Positions 1 to 9,589 of a stretch of 64,000 nt of DNA are shown here, piece by piece. The stretch comes from Candidatus Binatia bacterium (GTDB taxonomy: Bacteria > Desulfobacterota > Binatia > Bin18): the NCBI GenBank assembly GCA_963664395.2, contig OY761159.2, positions 4,032,001-4,096,000 on the forward strand, read 5' to 3'. Numbering within the stretch: position 1 is the stretch's first letter; every line of letters starts with the position of its first letter. The notes under the pieces were generated by a model. It saw nothing but the letters and a program-made list of their open reading frames with translations, did not search any database and was not told the origin of the DNA. The position numbers were made by a program, and so were the translations under genes.

Positions 1-232
1 CCTCTTTCACTTGCTCCAATTTCGCCCTTCCATTCTTCCAGCGTTGCAGATTGAGAGGACGAGGGTACAAGTCTTTTGTATCCTGAGCCTGAGGATGAGA
101 AAAGACATGGTGACTTCCTTTGATGTTCCGCTCTTTCCAGCCGAGTTGCTCTACCAGTTTGAGTAAATCATTGAAGTCAAAATTTGCGGGGCTATTTCTC
201 GCCTTTTCCAGCAGCTTTTTATCGACAGCCAT
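1..232 (-). CDS. hicA: HicA-family toxin (type II TA), 3' end runs off the window
   Basis: Not in the ORF track. Manual translation MAVDKKLLEKARNSPANFDFNDLLKLVEQLGWKERNIKGSHHVFSHP...LNLQRWKNGRAKLEQVKE has the HicA GSH motif. Confidence 0.8.
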   Translation of the reverse strand, partial: MAVDKKLLEKARNSPANFDFNDLLKLVEQLGWKERNIKGSHHVFSHPQAQDTKDLYPRPLNLQRWKNGRAKLEQVKE

Positions 233-268
233 CGGAGAGATTTCAGCACGTAAAATTCTGGCGTAGTT

Positions 269-1087
269 CTAACCCAACGACCCCAAGAAACTCTGCAAAG
301 CGCTCAGACACTCCTCGGGCCTGTCCACATAGATCTCGTGCCCAGGGCCTTCGACAATGGCAATCCGCGCGTTGGGAATCTCCGTGCGCATGGAGAGCTG
401 GTCGGTCAGGGGTGTGATCGGGCTATTGGCAGGGGCCAGCACCAGAGTCGGGACTGTAATCTGGGGCAGCAACGGTGCGGTATCTGCCCCGTCCAGGGTG
501 CGGGTAATGCCTTGCAGGACATGCGTCGGTGTCTTCGCCCATTCGTTGACCACCCACTCGATGTGGGCCGGGTTCTTCCCGCTGATAATTTTTTGCTCGA
601 TCAAGACCTGCACCCATCCCTTTGACCCCCCGGAGCTGAGTGCGTTCTTGACTCCGCCATGCTGACCGGACAGGGCTTGTGTCCCCGCCGGGCGAATCGT
701 GGTGGGCGAATTGCAAATCGTCAGACTCTTGAGTCGCTCCGGCCAGCGCGTCGCAAAGAGAACACCGAGAATGCCGCCAATGGACTCGCCCACATAATGC
801 ACTTGCTGTAGGCCGAGGGCGTCCATGAAGTCGTGCATATCCGTGACCAACTCGTCCAATGACCAGCGATGGTCCGGGCCGGGGTCAGCAGACCGGCCAT
901 GCCCACGCATATCGCGGCGGATAACCTGATAGTTGCGCGCCAGGGGAGGAACCCAATGGTACCAGAACCTGGTACTCCGACCGACTCCATGTTGGAGCCA
1001 GACCGTCTCCTTCTCAGTTATCCAAGGATCGGTGAAGTCATCAATCTCGTAGTACATCTCACAATTGTTGGCAGAGACGGTCGGCAT
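269..1087 (-). CDS. Alpha/beta fold hydrolase
   Basis: Likely start MPTVSANN at 1087 after GGAGG. Motifs WLQHG, RDMRGHGRS, GESIGG nucleophile elbow and GPGHEI. Confidence 0.85.
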   Translation of the reverse strand: MPTVSANNCEMYYEIDDFTDPWITEKETVWLQHGVGRSTRFWYHWVPPLARNYQVIRRDMRGHGRSADPGPDHRWSLDELVTDMHDFMDALGLQQVHYVGESIGGILGVLFATRWPERLKSLTICNSPTTIRPAGTQALSGQHGGVKNALSSGGSKGWVQVLIEQKIISGKNPAHIEWVVNEWAKTPTHVLQGITRTLDGADTAPLLPQITVPTLVLAPANSPITPLTDQLSMRTEIPNARIAIVEGPGHEIYVDRPEECLSALQSFLGSLG

Positions 1088-1119
1088 GTTGTCCGCACCT
1101 CCTTTGGACGACCAGCAGC

Positions 1120-1647
1120 CTAGTCGAGCTGACCACAATCGGCAATCACAATACGCTGCCTGGGTTGCCCACGCTGACTGCCCTGGGCCTCCATGGCGCG
1201 GACCACCTCCAGACCTTCGACCACACTGCCAAACACCACATGCTTGCCGTCCAGCCAGGGCGTCTGTGCGGTGATAATAAAGAATTGGGAGCCATTCGTC
1301 CCAGGACCGGCATTGGCCATGCTCAGCAAACCGGGCTCGGTATGCTTGAGTTGAAAATTCTCGTCGGCAAACTTGGCACCGTAAATGGACTCTCCCCCGG
1401 TGCCATTGCCATTGGTAAAGTCTCCGCCCTGACACATGAAGGCGGGAATGACGCGGTGAAACGTCGAACCCTTGTAGTGCAGCGGTTTGCCGGACTGGCC
1501 GGGCCCTTTCTCGCCGGTACACAGCGCCCGAAAGTTTTCTGCGGTTTCGGGAACCACGTCGGCTCTGAGTTCAAAAACGATCCGTCCGGCGGCATCATCT
1601 CCGATTGTGATATCAAAAAAGACCCTCGGGTTGGTATGTTCGCTCAT
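1120..1647 (-). CDS. Peptidyl-prolyl cis-trans isomerase, cyclophilin A type with divergent loop
   Basis: [71 protein letters not shown]. Confidence 0.97.
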   Translation of the reverse strand: MSEHTNPRVFFDITIGDDAAGRIVFELRADVVPETAENFRALCTGEKGPGQSGKPLHYKGSTFHRVIPAFMCQGGDFTNGNGTGGESIYGAKFADENFQLKHTEPGLLSMANAGPGTNGSQFFIITAQTPWLDGKHVVFGSVVEGLEVVRAMEAQGSQRGQPRQRIVIADCGQLD

Positions 1648-1764
1648 CTTCTTCTCTCTTCCTCAGGGGTCTGGATTCTCGCCCCGGCGAGTTCTGTCCC
1701 GCGCAGCCTATAGAATTTATGGGGGAGAGACTAGGCGTCCGCGGCTGTCCTGGCAGCGTCTTGC

Positions 1765-2526
1765 TCAGCTAAATCCTACCGACACGGTTCCGACGCCGGA
1801 AAAATCCGCGCTGTAGCTCCCCGGTTGCGTGACGGCGTGATGACAAAATGAACCGGTAATAACGGGTTGGCCCGGCTCCAGGCCCAAACCGAATGTATGC
1901 AGGCGGCGGCACAAGCGCGCCAGCGAGAGATAGGGATCATCCATTGTTGTGCCTGGCGTCTTGGTCTCGACCACTTGGCCATTGCGCGAAAACGTCACTG
2001 TGGTATCGACCAGCCCGTCTTGGACCGGCGCTTCCGGTCCGACGACTATCCCCCATTGGGCCAAGCCGTCGGCCACCAATGGCGTCGGTCCCTGGTCTGA
2101 CTGGACGCGGACCTCGTTGATCTCAAATGCCGGGGCAACGGCCCGCACTGCGGCTTTGGCCTGCTCGCGATCGACTCCCTCGCCACGCAACGCTGAGCCG
2201 ACTATGAGGCAGAGTTCAGGCTCAATCTGACAATCCATAATCGAAGCAACGGGAAGGGTCGCGCCGGACTGAAAGACCCGACTCTGGAGCACATAGCCAA
2301 ACGGCCGCACGTCTTTTCCCATACGGTCGCGGGCTTTCCCCGAGGTCAGCCCGACCTTCCAGCCGCCGAGGCGTTCTCCGGTGGTCTCAAAACGTTGGAG
2401 AACGCGGAGTTGTACAGCCAGCGCTTCGTCCAAATCCGCAGGGGTGAGGTCCATGCGAGCCGGTCGGGTTCCGTTTCGGCGGGCGTGGTAGAGGGTGTCT
2501 ATGAGGGCCTCTTGTGTTGCTGCCAT
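1765..2526 (-). CDS. 2-keto-4-pentenoate hydratase / FAA-hydrolase family (MhpD-like)
   Basis: GWKVGLTS, IEPELCLIVG, PAFEINE, GQPVITGSF. Confidence 0.85.
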   Translation of the reverse strand: MAATQEALIDTLYHARRNGTRPARMDLTPADLDEALAVQLRVLQRFETTGERLGGWKVGLTSGKARDRMGKDVRPFGYVLQSRVFQSGATLPVASIMDCQIEPELCLIVGSALRGEGVDREQAKAAVRAVAPAFEINEVRVQSDQGPTPLVADGLAQWGIVVGPEAPVQDGLVDTTVTFSRNGQVVETKTPGTTMDDPYLSLARLCRRLHTFGLGLEPGQPVITGSFCHHAVTQPGSYSADFSGVGTVSVGFS

Positions 2527-2680
2527 ATATGCCTCCTATGCGAATCATGAGATGTCGGGCTCCGCTCACCTGCGCTAGACGTATCAGCTCTGCAAGCTTG
2601 TGTCCCTGCGAGGCGCGTGGCAAGATGCTGCTGCTTGGTGTAAGCCGAACTCCACCGGCAGCCTGAATAAGGAGGGAGCC

Positions 2681-4138
2681 ATGTCAGATCTTTCGAGTTC
2701 TGCCGATTTGGCCTACGCGACGACCGGAGAAGTCGCTGAGGCGATCCACAAGAAGGAGATTTCAAGTCGCGAGGCAGTGGACTATTTTCTCGCCCGAGTT
2801 GAAGCGCTGGATAAGACGATTAACAGCGTGGTGACGATTGATGCGGAACGGGCGCGAGCCGAGGCCGATGCCGCAGATACGGAGTTGGCCGGAGGAACAT
2901 CCCGAGGACCGCTGCACGGCGTGCCGATGACGATCAAGGATTCGTATCAAACCAAAGGTATGCGGACCACGTCAGGCGCGCCGGAACTCAAGGATTTCAT
3001 TCCAGAAGAAGATGCCTGGCCGGTTGCCCGGCTACGCGAAGCTGGAGCCATTATTTACGGCAAGACCAATCTGCCGATCTATGCGGGTGACTTGCAGAGC
3101 TATAACGAGATTTTTGGCACGACCAATAATCCGCATGACACAACGCGTACGCCTGGCGGCTCGTCCGGTGGCTCAGGGGCGGCCTTGGCGTGTGGCTTTA
3201 CGCCGCTCGAACTCGGCAGTGATATCGGCGGTTCGATTCGCCTGCCGGCCCATATGTCGGGCGTAACCGGCCACAAGCCGAGCTATGGCATTGTTCCCGC
3301 CCACGGGCAGATTCCGGGCCCGCCGGGAACCCTGACAATGGCCGACCTGGCGGTTGCCGGGCCCATGGCCCGGAGTGTCGAAGACCTGGAGCTTGGACTC
3401 GATATCATGGCCGGCCCCAATCGCTGGGAGCAACCGGCGTGGCGTTTGGAGCTGCCGGCTCCGCGGAAACAGGCGCTCAAGGACTACCGCATTGCGACTT
3501 GGCTGGACGATCCGCGCTGTCCGGTCGAGCCGGAAGTCCGGACATTACTGGAAAACGCCGCCAGTGCCTTAGCACACGCTGGAGCGACGGTGAGTGCCGA
3601 TGCGCGCCCCGAATTCAGTTTGGAAAAAGTCGCTGCGACTTTTATGGCCTTGTTACAGTCAGCCCTGGCCGGCGGGGTATCGCGAGAAAAAATCGAAGAG
3701 TATGCGCAGTCAAGCGGCAACACCTCGACGGACCACACCCGGCGTTTGTTTGCCATGCGGCACCGTGAATGGTTGAGCTATAACGAACGCCGGATGCAGA
3801 TGCGCAAACGCTGGGAAGAGTTTTTCCAGGACTGGGACGTGATGTTGCTGCCGGTCATGCCGTGTCCCGCTATCAAGCACGACCACTCCGAGCCCCAAGC
3901 CGGCCGGGTGGCACACGTTGGGGGGCAGCAACGGCCGTATTGGGACCTGGTGACGTGGATGGCGCCGGCCGGCGCCTGTTTGCTGCCTGCCACGGTGATT
4001 CCGGTGGGACAACTCGACACCGGACTGCCGATTGGTATCCAGATAGTGGGTCCCTATCTTGAAGACCGGACAACCCTGCACGTGGCGAAACATCTGTTTG
4101 AAATGATGGGCGGGTGTCCGCGTCCAACTGGCTTCTAA
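2681..4138 (+). CDS. Amidase (amidase signature family)
   Basis: GPLHGVPMTIKD, PGGSSGGS, GSDIGGSIRLPA. Start MSDLSS follows AAGGAGG. Confidence 0.95.
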   Translation: MSDLSSSADLAYATTGEVAEAIHKKEISSREAVDYFLARVEALDKTINSVVTIDAERARAEADAADTELAGGTSRGPLHGVPMTIKDSYQTKGMRTTSGAPELKDFIPEEDAWPVARLREAGAIIYGKTNLPIYAGDLQSYNEIFGTTNNPHDTTRTPGGSSGGSGAALACGFTPLELGSDIGGSIRLPAHMSGVTGHKPSYGIVPAHGQIPGPPGTLTMADLAVAGPMARSVEDLELGLDIMAGPNRWEQPAWRLELPAPRKQALKDYRIATWLDDPRCPVEPEVRTLLENAASALAHAGATVSADARPEFSLEKVAATFMALLQSALAGGVSREKIEEYAQSSGNTSTDHTRRLFAMRHREWLSYNERRMQMRKRWEEFFQDWDVMLLPVMPCPAIKHDHSEPQAGRVAHVGGQQRPYWDLVTWMAPAGACLLPATVIPVGQLDTGLPIGIQIVGPYLEDRTTLHVAKHLFEMMGGCPRPTGF

Positions 4139-4161
4139 AAAATACAGAGAAAGGAAAACGC

Positions 4162-4983
4162 ATGTCACAACTGGATGGAAAAGTAGCCCTGGTAACGGGC
4201 GGAGCACGGGGGATTGGGCGAGGCATCGCCCTGGCGCTGGCAAACGCCGGAGCTGATGTGGCCCTGGCAGATATTGAAACCATGGCGAGTACGGCCCAGC
4301 AGTACGGCGCGACCGCGGTCGGGGGGTTTACGCAAGCCCGGAAAACTGCGGAAGAGATCATTGCGCTCGGGCGGCGTTCGCTGGCGATTCAAGCCGATGT
4401 GACGCAGAAGGGCGATACCCTGCGTATGGTCGAGGAGACCGCCGGGGCGCTGGGCGGCCTGGATATCATGGTCTGTAACGCGGGCGTGGTGAATATGGCG
4501 AAAGTCGAGGACATGTCCGAAGAAGCCTGGGACCTGACCTTTGCGGTCAACACCAAAGGGGTGTTTCTCTCATGTCAGGCCGCGATCCCTGCCCTCAAAA
4601 ACCGGGGTGGGGGTCTGATTATTAATATTGCCTCGATCGCGGGCAAGAGCGGCTTTGGCGGTCTGGCGCACTACTGCGCCTCAAAGTTTGCGGTGGTGGG
4701 CTTTACCAATTCTCTGGCCAAGGAGTTGGCCCAGACCAATATCCGCGTCAACGCCATTTGTCCGGGCATTTTGCGTACCCAGATGTGGGAATACTTGGCC
4801 GAGTCGCTCAAACAACCGGACGAATCCAAAGAGGACTCCTGGCAACGCTGGGTCAAGAACGTGATCCCCCAAGGCCGGCCACAAACGCCGGACGATATCG
4901 GGCAACTGGCCGTCTACTTGGCCGTAGCCGAGAACGTGACCGGACAGGCCATCAATGTCGATGGTGGCATTGAGCTACACTAG
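4162..4983 (+). CDS. SDR family oxidoreductase
   Basis: TGGARGIG, CNAG, YCASK, NAICPG. Confidence 0.95.
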   Translation: MSQLDGKVALVTGGARGIGRGIALALANAGADVALADIETMASTAQQYGATAVGGFTQARKTAEEIIALGRRSLAIQADVTQKGDTLRMVEETAGALGGLDIMVCNAGVVNMAKVEDMSEEAWDLTFAVNTKGVFLSCQAAIPALKNRGGGLIINIASIAGKSGFGGLAHYCASKFAVVGFTNSLAKELAQTNIRVNAICPGILRTQMWEYLAESLKQPDESKEDSWQRWVKNVIPQGRPQTPDDIGQLAVYLAVAENVTGQAINVDGGIELH

Positions 4984-4997
4984 AGAGGAAGCATCAC

Positions 4998-5996
4998 ATG
5001 GAATATCGGCCTTTTGGACAAACAGGGATCGAAGTGTCCGCCATTGGCGTCGGCTGTTGGGAGATTGGTGGCGGCTATGGGTCAATTGAAGAACAAGAAT
5101 TCAGTGCCGCCGTGCACACCGCCTTGGACCTGGGCATTACGTGTTTTGATACCGCCGAAGCCTATGGGTTTGGGGCCTCGGAGCGTTCGCTGGCCAAGGC
5201 GCTCGGCGACCGTCGTAAAGACGCGGTTGTCGTGACCAAGTTTGGTATTGGCTACAAAGAAGCGCCGAATTATCGAGACAGCAGCCGCGAGCGGGTCATG
5301 GTCTCGATCGAGAAAAGCCTGAAGAACCTGAACACGGACTATGTGGACGTCTATATGGTCCACTGGCCGGACATAAACACCCCTTTTGAAGAAACCATGC
5401 GGGCCTTGGACGACATTGTTCAGCAGGGCAAGGCGCGGGCTATTGGCATCTCGAACTTCCGGCGCGAGCAGATTGAAACCAGCATGGCAACCCGCCGCGT
5501 GGACGTCGCCCAATACTGCTGGAATATGTTCGACCGCCGTATGGACCAGGAGATCCTGCCCTACTGTCGTGAGCATAATATGGGCGTCATGGCCTATGGC
5601 TCGCTCGCCTATGGGCTGCTGACCGGAACCTTTCGCGCGGATATGAGCTTTGATGAGGGAGACTGGCGGGCGCGTCAGGGACGCATGGGTGGCATCAACC
5701 TGTTCCAGACCATGTTCGGCCCGGAGCACTTTCCCAACAACATTAAAGCGGTGGAAGAGCTGAAAGGCATGGCCGCCGGCTATGACAAAAGCCTGCCACA
5801 GTTCGCTCTACGCTGGACGCTCTCGCATCCTGTGGTCAGCACGGCCTTGGTGGGCTGTCGCAAAGCTGCCGAGGTAGAAGAGAATGTCGGTGCCCTGGGA
5901 TGGGATATTCGGCAAGCCGACTTTGCCGCAATCGACGCGATCTTTGAACGCAATGGTGTGGTGACCTGCCCGGATATGTGGTTGGAACGGGAGTAG
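4998..5996 (+). CDS. Aldo/keto reductase
   Basis: FDTAEAYG, TKFG, LNTDYVDVYMVHWPD, IGISNF. Confidence 0.95.
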   Translation: MEYRPFGQTGIEVSAIGVGCWEIGGGYGSIEEQEFSAAVHTALDLGITCFDTAEAYGFGASERSLAKALGDRRKDAVVVTKFGIGYKEAPNYRDSSRERVMVSIEKSLKNLNTDYVDVYMVHWPDINTPFEETMRALDDIVQQGKARAIGISNFRREQIETSMATRRVDVAQYCWNMFDRRMDQEILPYCREHNMGVMAYGSLAYGLLTGTFRADMSFDEGDWRARQGRMGGINLFQTMFGPEHFPNNIKAVEELKGMAAGYDKSLPQFALRWTLSHPVVSTALVGCRKAAEVEENVGALGWDIRQADFAAIDAIFERNGVVTCPDMWLERE

Positions 5997-6013
5997 GGAG
6001 CGCTTTGTGTAAC

Positions 6014-6035
6014 AAGGCGGTGAGGAAAGCCGCCT
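6014..6035. terminator. Short hairpin between convergent genes
   Basis: AGGCGG-9 nt-CCGCCT; no U-tract. Confidence 0.3.
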
Positions 6036-6045
6036 GCCGACCGGG

Positions 6046-6963
6046 CTATCCTTGCCACCATGAAGATCGCGGGCTGTTGCCGGCTGTGCGTTGCCGCATA
6101 CCGAAAATGGCTGCTACCTCCTGCCACACCCGCGATTCTACCCGCTTGAAGAAGTCACTATTCTCGAAATCCTTTTCCAGCACGACTGCCGTGGCGTGAG
6201 CAAAGAGCTTTTGCACCCAGGCATCAAAGGGGACGGGTGGGAGAAACGAGAAGGCTCTGAGTTTATCCTCCACGTCCAGCATTCTGGTGCTCACCTTGTT
6301 GGCCAGAAAATAACTGTGCGACTTCCGCTGGAGACGTTTGCTGAGCGCTGAGATTTCTATGAGAGCATTGAGCGCGGTCCGCCAACTGATATCGTCCTCT
6401 TCCAACACAATGAGGTTCATGTCACTCAGGGTCGTGGCCGCCAAACTCAAACTCCCGAGCCCGGCTTGCGTGTCAAAAATGACATAATCGACATCTAACG
6501 ACGACGCGACAAACTCGTGCAGCTTGCCAAGTTTATCGACTGTTTCGTTGAGTTCCAAATGGTGCAACGGTATCCAGTCGGGTCGCTCGCTTTCGGTAGA
6601 AGAGGGGATGATAAAGAGCCCGTCCAGCCGTTCATAGGTCGAGGGGCCAGCCGTTACCTGCGCCATTGGCTCTGGGCTCTCCTCGGCATTGCCGTTGTTT
6701 TGGGCGAGTCCTTTTTGGAGTTCGTGCAGGAGTGCTGGCTGATCACTCTCTTCCGAATAAAAATAATCGGTTAAGGAAAACGGAAGCCGGTCGAGCTCAT
6801 ACTTGTTTTGAAAGGCCAGGAGGGTGAGGCCACGGACGGACAAGTCCAAATCGACGAGAAGCACATTACACTTTTCTTGATGCTGGATAATTCTTCCTAA
6901 GCTTGTTGCCAGTAAAGTCTTTCCAACACCCCCTTTTCCGCTACACAGGGTGATTGTTCGCAT
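6046..6963 (-). CDS. Orphan ParA/MinD-family ATPase
   Basis: Deviant Walker A SGKGGVGKT, LLVDLDL, Walker B-like DYVIFDTQAG. RBS GGAGG upstream. Confidence 0.8.
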   Translation of the reverse strand: MRTITLCSGKGGVGKTLLATSLGRIIQHQEKCNVLLVDLDLSVRGLTLLAFQNKYELDRLPFSLTDYFYSEESDQPALLHELQKGLAQNNGNAEESPEPMAQVTAGPSTYERLDGLFIIPSSTESERPDWIPLHHLELNETVDKLGKLHEFVASSLDVDYVIFDTQAGLGSLSLAATTLSDMNLIVLEEDDISWRTALNALIEISALSKRLQRKSHSYFLANKVSTRMLDVEDKLRAFSFLPPVPFDAWVQKLFAHATAVVLEKDFENSDFFKRVESRVWQEVAAIFGMRQRTAGNSPRSSWWQG

Positions 6964-7027
6964 GCTGGTATCCTCCGGTTACCGTGATCGTCGCGTAATG
7001 CCGCCGGGTGTTCAGGCGTTGCGGATA

Positions 7028-7068
7028 TGCAACACCGTGTTGTACTCCTCTCCACGGGCAGGTATCAA
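7028..7068 (-). promoter_or_regulatory. Putative sigma70 promoter of the ParA-like gene with an overlapping palindrome
   Basis: Minus strand TTGATA-18-TACAAC. Palindrome CAACAC-C-GTGTTG (7030-7042) overlaps the -10. Confidence 0.4.
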
Positions 7069-7073
7069 GTGCC

Positions 7074-7294
7074 GAAGCAGGACGAAGCAGGACAGGAAGC
7101 AGGACAAAGCAGGACGAAGCAGGACAAAGCAGGACAGGACGAAGCAGGACGAAGCAGGACAAAGCAGGACAAAGCAGGACAAAGCAGGACAAAGCAGGAC
7201 AAAGCAGGACAAAGCAGGACAAAGCAGGACAAAGCAGGACAAAGCAGGACGAAGCAGGACAAAGCAGGACGAAGCAGGACAAAGCAGGACGAAG
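7074..7294. repeat. Tandem 10-bp repeat (R)AAGCAGGAC, 21 full units
   Basis: Directly visible. Interruptions: AG at 7094-95 and AGGAC at 7136-40. Confidence 0.98.
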
Positions 7295-7388
7295 AATAAA
7301 ACCTGTGATCTTCCCTAAAGCCGAGCAAAGCGTCATAAAATTTTTCTGATCGAGCCATCTCTGTCACAGTTTACACACCGGAGGGATA

Positions 7389-8294
7389 ATGCATCTTGAG
7401 AATCTGTTGATCGGGCATAAGAGTCTGGCAGGAAATACGGGCATTTCCGTTCTCCTTTTTACGCAGCGGGTGGTGTGTGCGTATCATCTGTGTGGCTCGG
7501 CCCCAGGCACCCGTGATGTTGTCCCGCTCAATCTGGGAAACTCGGTTGAGGAGATTGATGCGCTGGTGTTTACTGGCGGGAGCGCCTATGGCCTCGGAGC
7601 GTCCACTGGCGTCATGGAATACCAGCAGGAACAGGGCCGGGGACTGGAGACGCCCGGTCGGATTGTGCCGATTGTTCCAACCGCGTGTATTTTTGATCTC
7701 GCCTATGGCACGCCGGCCTATCCGGCTGCGCAAGATGCCTACGACGCCTGCAAAGCCGCAACAAATAGTGAGTATGCACGTGGGCGGATCGGCGTTGGCA
7801 CTGGTGCGACTGTAGGTAAGGGGCTGGAGAATGGCCGACCCATGACTGGCGGGTTCGGCATTGGACATGTGCAGGTTGGTGAACTCAAGGTGGTGGCGTG
7901 TGCGGCTGTGAATGCCTTGGGCGATGTCCTGGAAAATGGCAAAATAATCGCCGGCGCAGTTGATACCAAAGGCCAGTTTCTGAACACCGAACAGCATCTT
8001 CTGCGCGGGAGCGCTGAAGCCAGGACGTCACTCCCCCAAAGCAACACGACCCTGGTCGCAGTCATAACCAATGCGGCGCTGAATCAGGAAGAACTCTTTA
8101 TTGTGGCAAAAATGGCCACCGCGGGGTTTGCCCGATCTCTATCCCCGGCCTTTAGTCCGTGGGACGGCGACCTTGTGTTCAGCGTGTCTGCCGGGCAAGT
8201 GCGGAGTGATATCATGATGATTGGGACGATAGCCGCAGAAGCCACTCGCCTGGCCATTCTCGATGCCGTGCGGGAATCGCGGATAATCGGCTGA
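7389..8294 (+). CDS. P1/S58 family peptidase (DmpA-like)
   Basis: GSAPGTRD, TGGSAYGL, VPIVPTA, GVGTGAT, VNALGDV, NTTLVAVITNA, DGDLVF. Confidence 0.92.
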   Translation: MHLENLLIGHKSLAGNTGISVLLFTQRVVCAYHLCGSAPGTRDVVPLNLGNSVEEIDALVFTGGSAYGLGASTGVMEYQQEQGRGLETPGRIVPIVPTACIFDLAYGTPAYPAAQDAYDACKAATNSEYARGRIGVGTGATVGKGLENGRPMTGGFGIGHVQVGELKVVACAAVNALGDVLENGKIIAGAVDTKGQFLNTEQHLLRGSAEARTSLPQSNTTLVAVITNAALNQEELFIVAKMATAGFARSLSPAFSPWDGDLVFSVSAGQVRSDIMMIGTIAAEATRLAILDAVRESRIIG

Positions 8295-8311
8295 GAGACG
8301 GAGGAGGGGAG

Positions 8312-8917
8312 ATGCTCAAACTGCACGATTATTTGTCTTCCGGAAACGGGTATAAAGTCCGCTTATTGCTCACTCAGCTTGGGATTCCCTTTGAACGCAT
8401 TGAGCACGATATCCTCCAGGGTGAGACCCGTACGCCGGACTTTCTGAAGCTCAACCCCAACGGTCGTATCCCCGTCCTGGAGTTGGAAGACGGCACCTGT
8501 CTGTCCGAGTCCAACGCGATTCTCTTCTATTTGTCTGAGGGAACCGCTTTCCTGCCTGACCACCGTCTGGCTCGGGCGCAGATTCTCCAGTGGATGTTTT
8601 TTGAGCAGTACAGCCATGAGCCCAACATCGCCACGTCGCGATTTTGGCTGATGCACGCTGAGCTGACAGACGAACGGCGCGCCGGGCTGGAGCAAAAACG
8701 TCCCCTTGGCTATGCCGCGCTTGAGGTTATGGAGCAGCACTTGGCCAAACGGACTTTCTTTGTGAGCGAGCGCTACACGATTGCGGATATTGCGTTATAC
8801 GCCTACACCCATGTCGCCCATGAGGGCGGCTTTGAGTTGGATCGTTTTGAAGCTATCAACATGTGGCTTGAGCGCATCCGGGTGCAACCCGGCCATATCT
8901 CCATTCTACAGACCTGA
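8312..8917 (+). CDS. Glutathione S-transferase family protein
   Basis: SGNGYKVRL, NPNGRIPVL, ESNAILFYL, YTIADIALY. Confidence 0.95.
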   Translation: MLKLHDYLSSGNGYKVRLLLTQLGIPFERIEHDILQGETRTPDFLKLNPNGRIPVLELEDGTCLSESNAILFYLSEGTAFLPDHRLARAQILQWMFFEQYSHEPNIATSRFWLMHAELTDERRAGLEQKRPLGYAALEVMEQHLAKRTFFVSERYTIADIALYAYTHVAHEGGFELDRFEAINMWLERIRVQPGHISILQT

Positions 8918-9583
8918 GACCCATGAACCCACGGTCTCACCCAACTCGTTTTGCACGTCCGCAGTCGTCCGTCCCGAGCGTTTGGGGACGTGCAAAGAAT
9001 GGTCGCCGCCCTCAACAATATGGAGGGTCGCGCGCTTGCCCAGGTGGCGACATAACGGCCTGATGAGATCGAGTGCGGCCAGCCTGTCCCGCGTCCCTTG
9101 TAAGAAGAGCATGGGGACGTTCACCTCGGCTAAATGCGCCCCTCGCTCGCTCGACGGTTTCCCGGCCGCGTGTAAGGGAAAGCCGAAAAAGATCAGTCCT
9201 TGGACGTCCGGCAGGCAACCTTCGGCTGCAACCAGCGAGGTCAGCCGGCCTCCCATGGATTTCCCGCCGGCCAGCAGGGGCAGCCCCCGGGCGACTTTTT
9301 TTGCGACGGCAACCGCTGAGACGATGGTTGCGCGCAATGTCGTTTGAGAGTCCGGACTTTTCTTGCCTTTTTCCATATACGGAAACTGATAGCGAAACGT
9401 CGTAATTTTTCGGGCGGCAAGCTGTTCTGCCACGGCCTGCATAAAGGGGTGGTGCATCCCGGCTCCGGCACCATGGCCCAGAACGAGCAGGGCACGGGCG
9501 GATGCGGGTCGGAGGAGCAGCGCAGAGACGGCCCCGGTCCGATCCGTTGGCATAAACTGAAGCGCTCGAAGCGAGGTTGCCAT
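8906..9583 (-). CDS. Alpha/beta hydrolase (KANL3/Tex30-like)
   Basis: HGAGAGM, GGKSMGGR, FPLH, QGTRD, GGDHS. Confidence 0.9.
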   Translation of the reverse strand: MATSLRALQFMPTDRTGAVSALLLRPASARALLVLGHGAGAGMHHPFMQAVAEQLAARKITTFRYQFPYMEKGKKSPDSQTTLRATIVSAVAVAKKVARGLPLLAGGKSMGGRLTSLVAAEGCLPDVQGLIFFGFPLHAAGKPSSERGAHLAEVNVPMLFLQGTRDRLAALDLIRPLCRHLGKRATLHIVEGGDHSLHVPKRSGRTTADVQNELGETVGSWVSGL

Positions 9584-9589
9584 GCGAGC

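Noticed and set aside
1088-1522. N-terminal extension of the 417-aa ORF
   Set aside because: Overlaps the cyclophilin in another frame; the real start is 1087 with an RBS.
7074-7294. CRISPR array
   Set aside because: Contiguous 10-bp units with no spacers, and no cas genes in the window.
6941-7367. Six ORFs spanning the 10-bp array (e.g. CPALSCFVLL and QSRTKQDKAG repeats)
   Set aside because: The repeat has no stop codon in any frame, so these ORFs are artefacts with no RBS or family motif.
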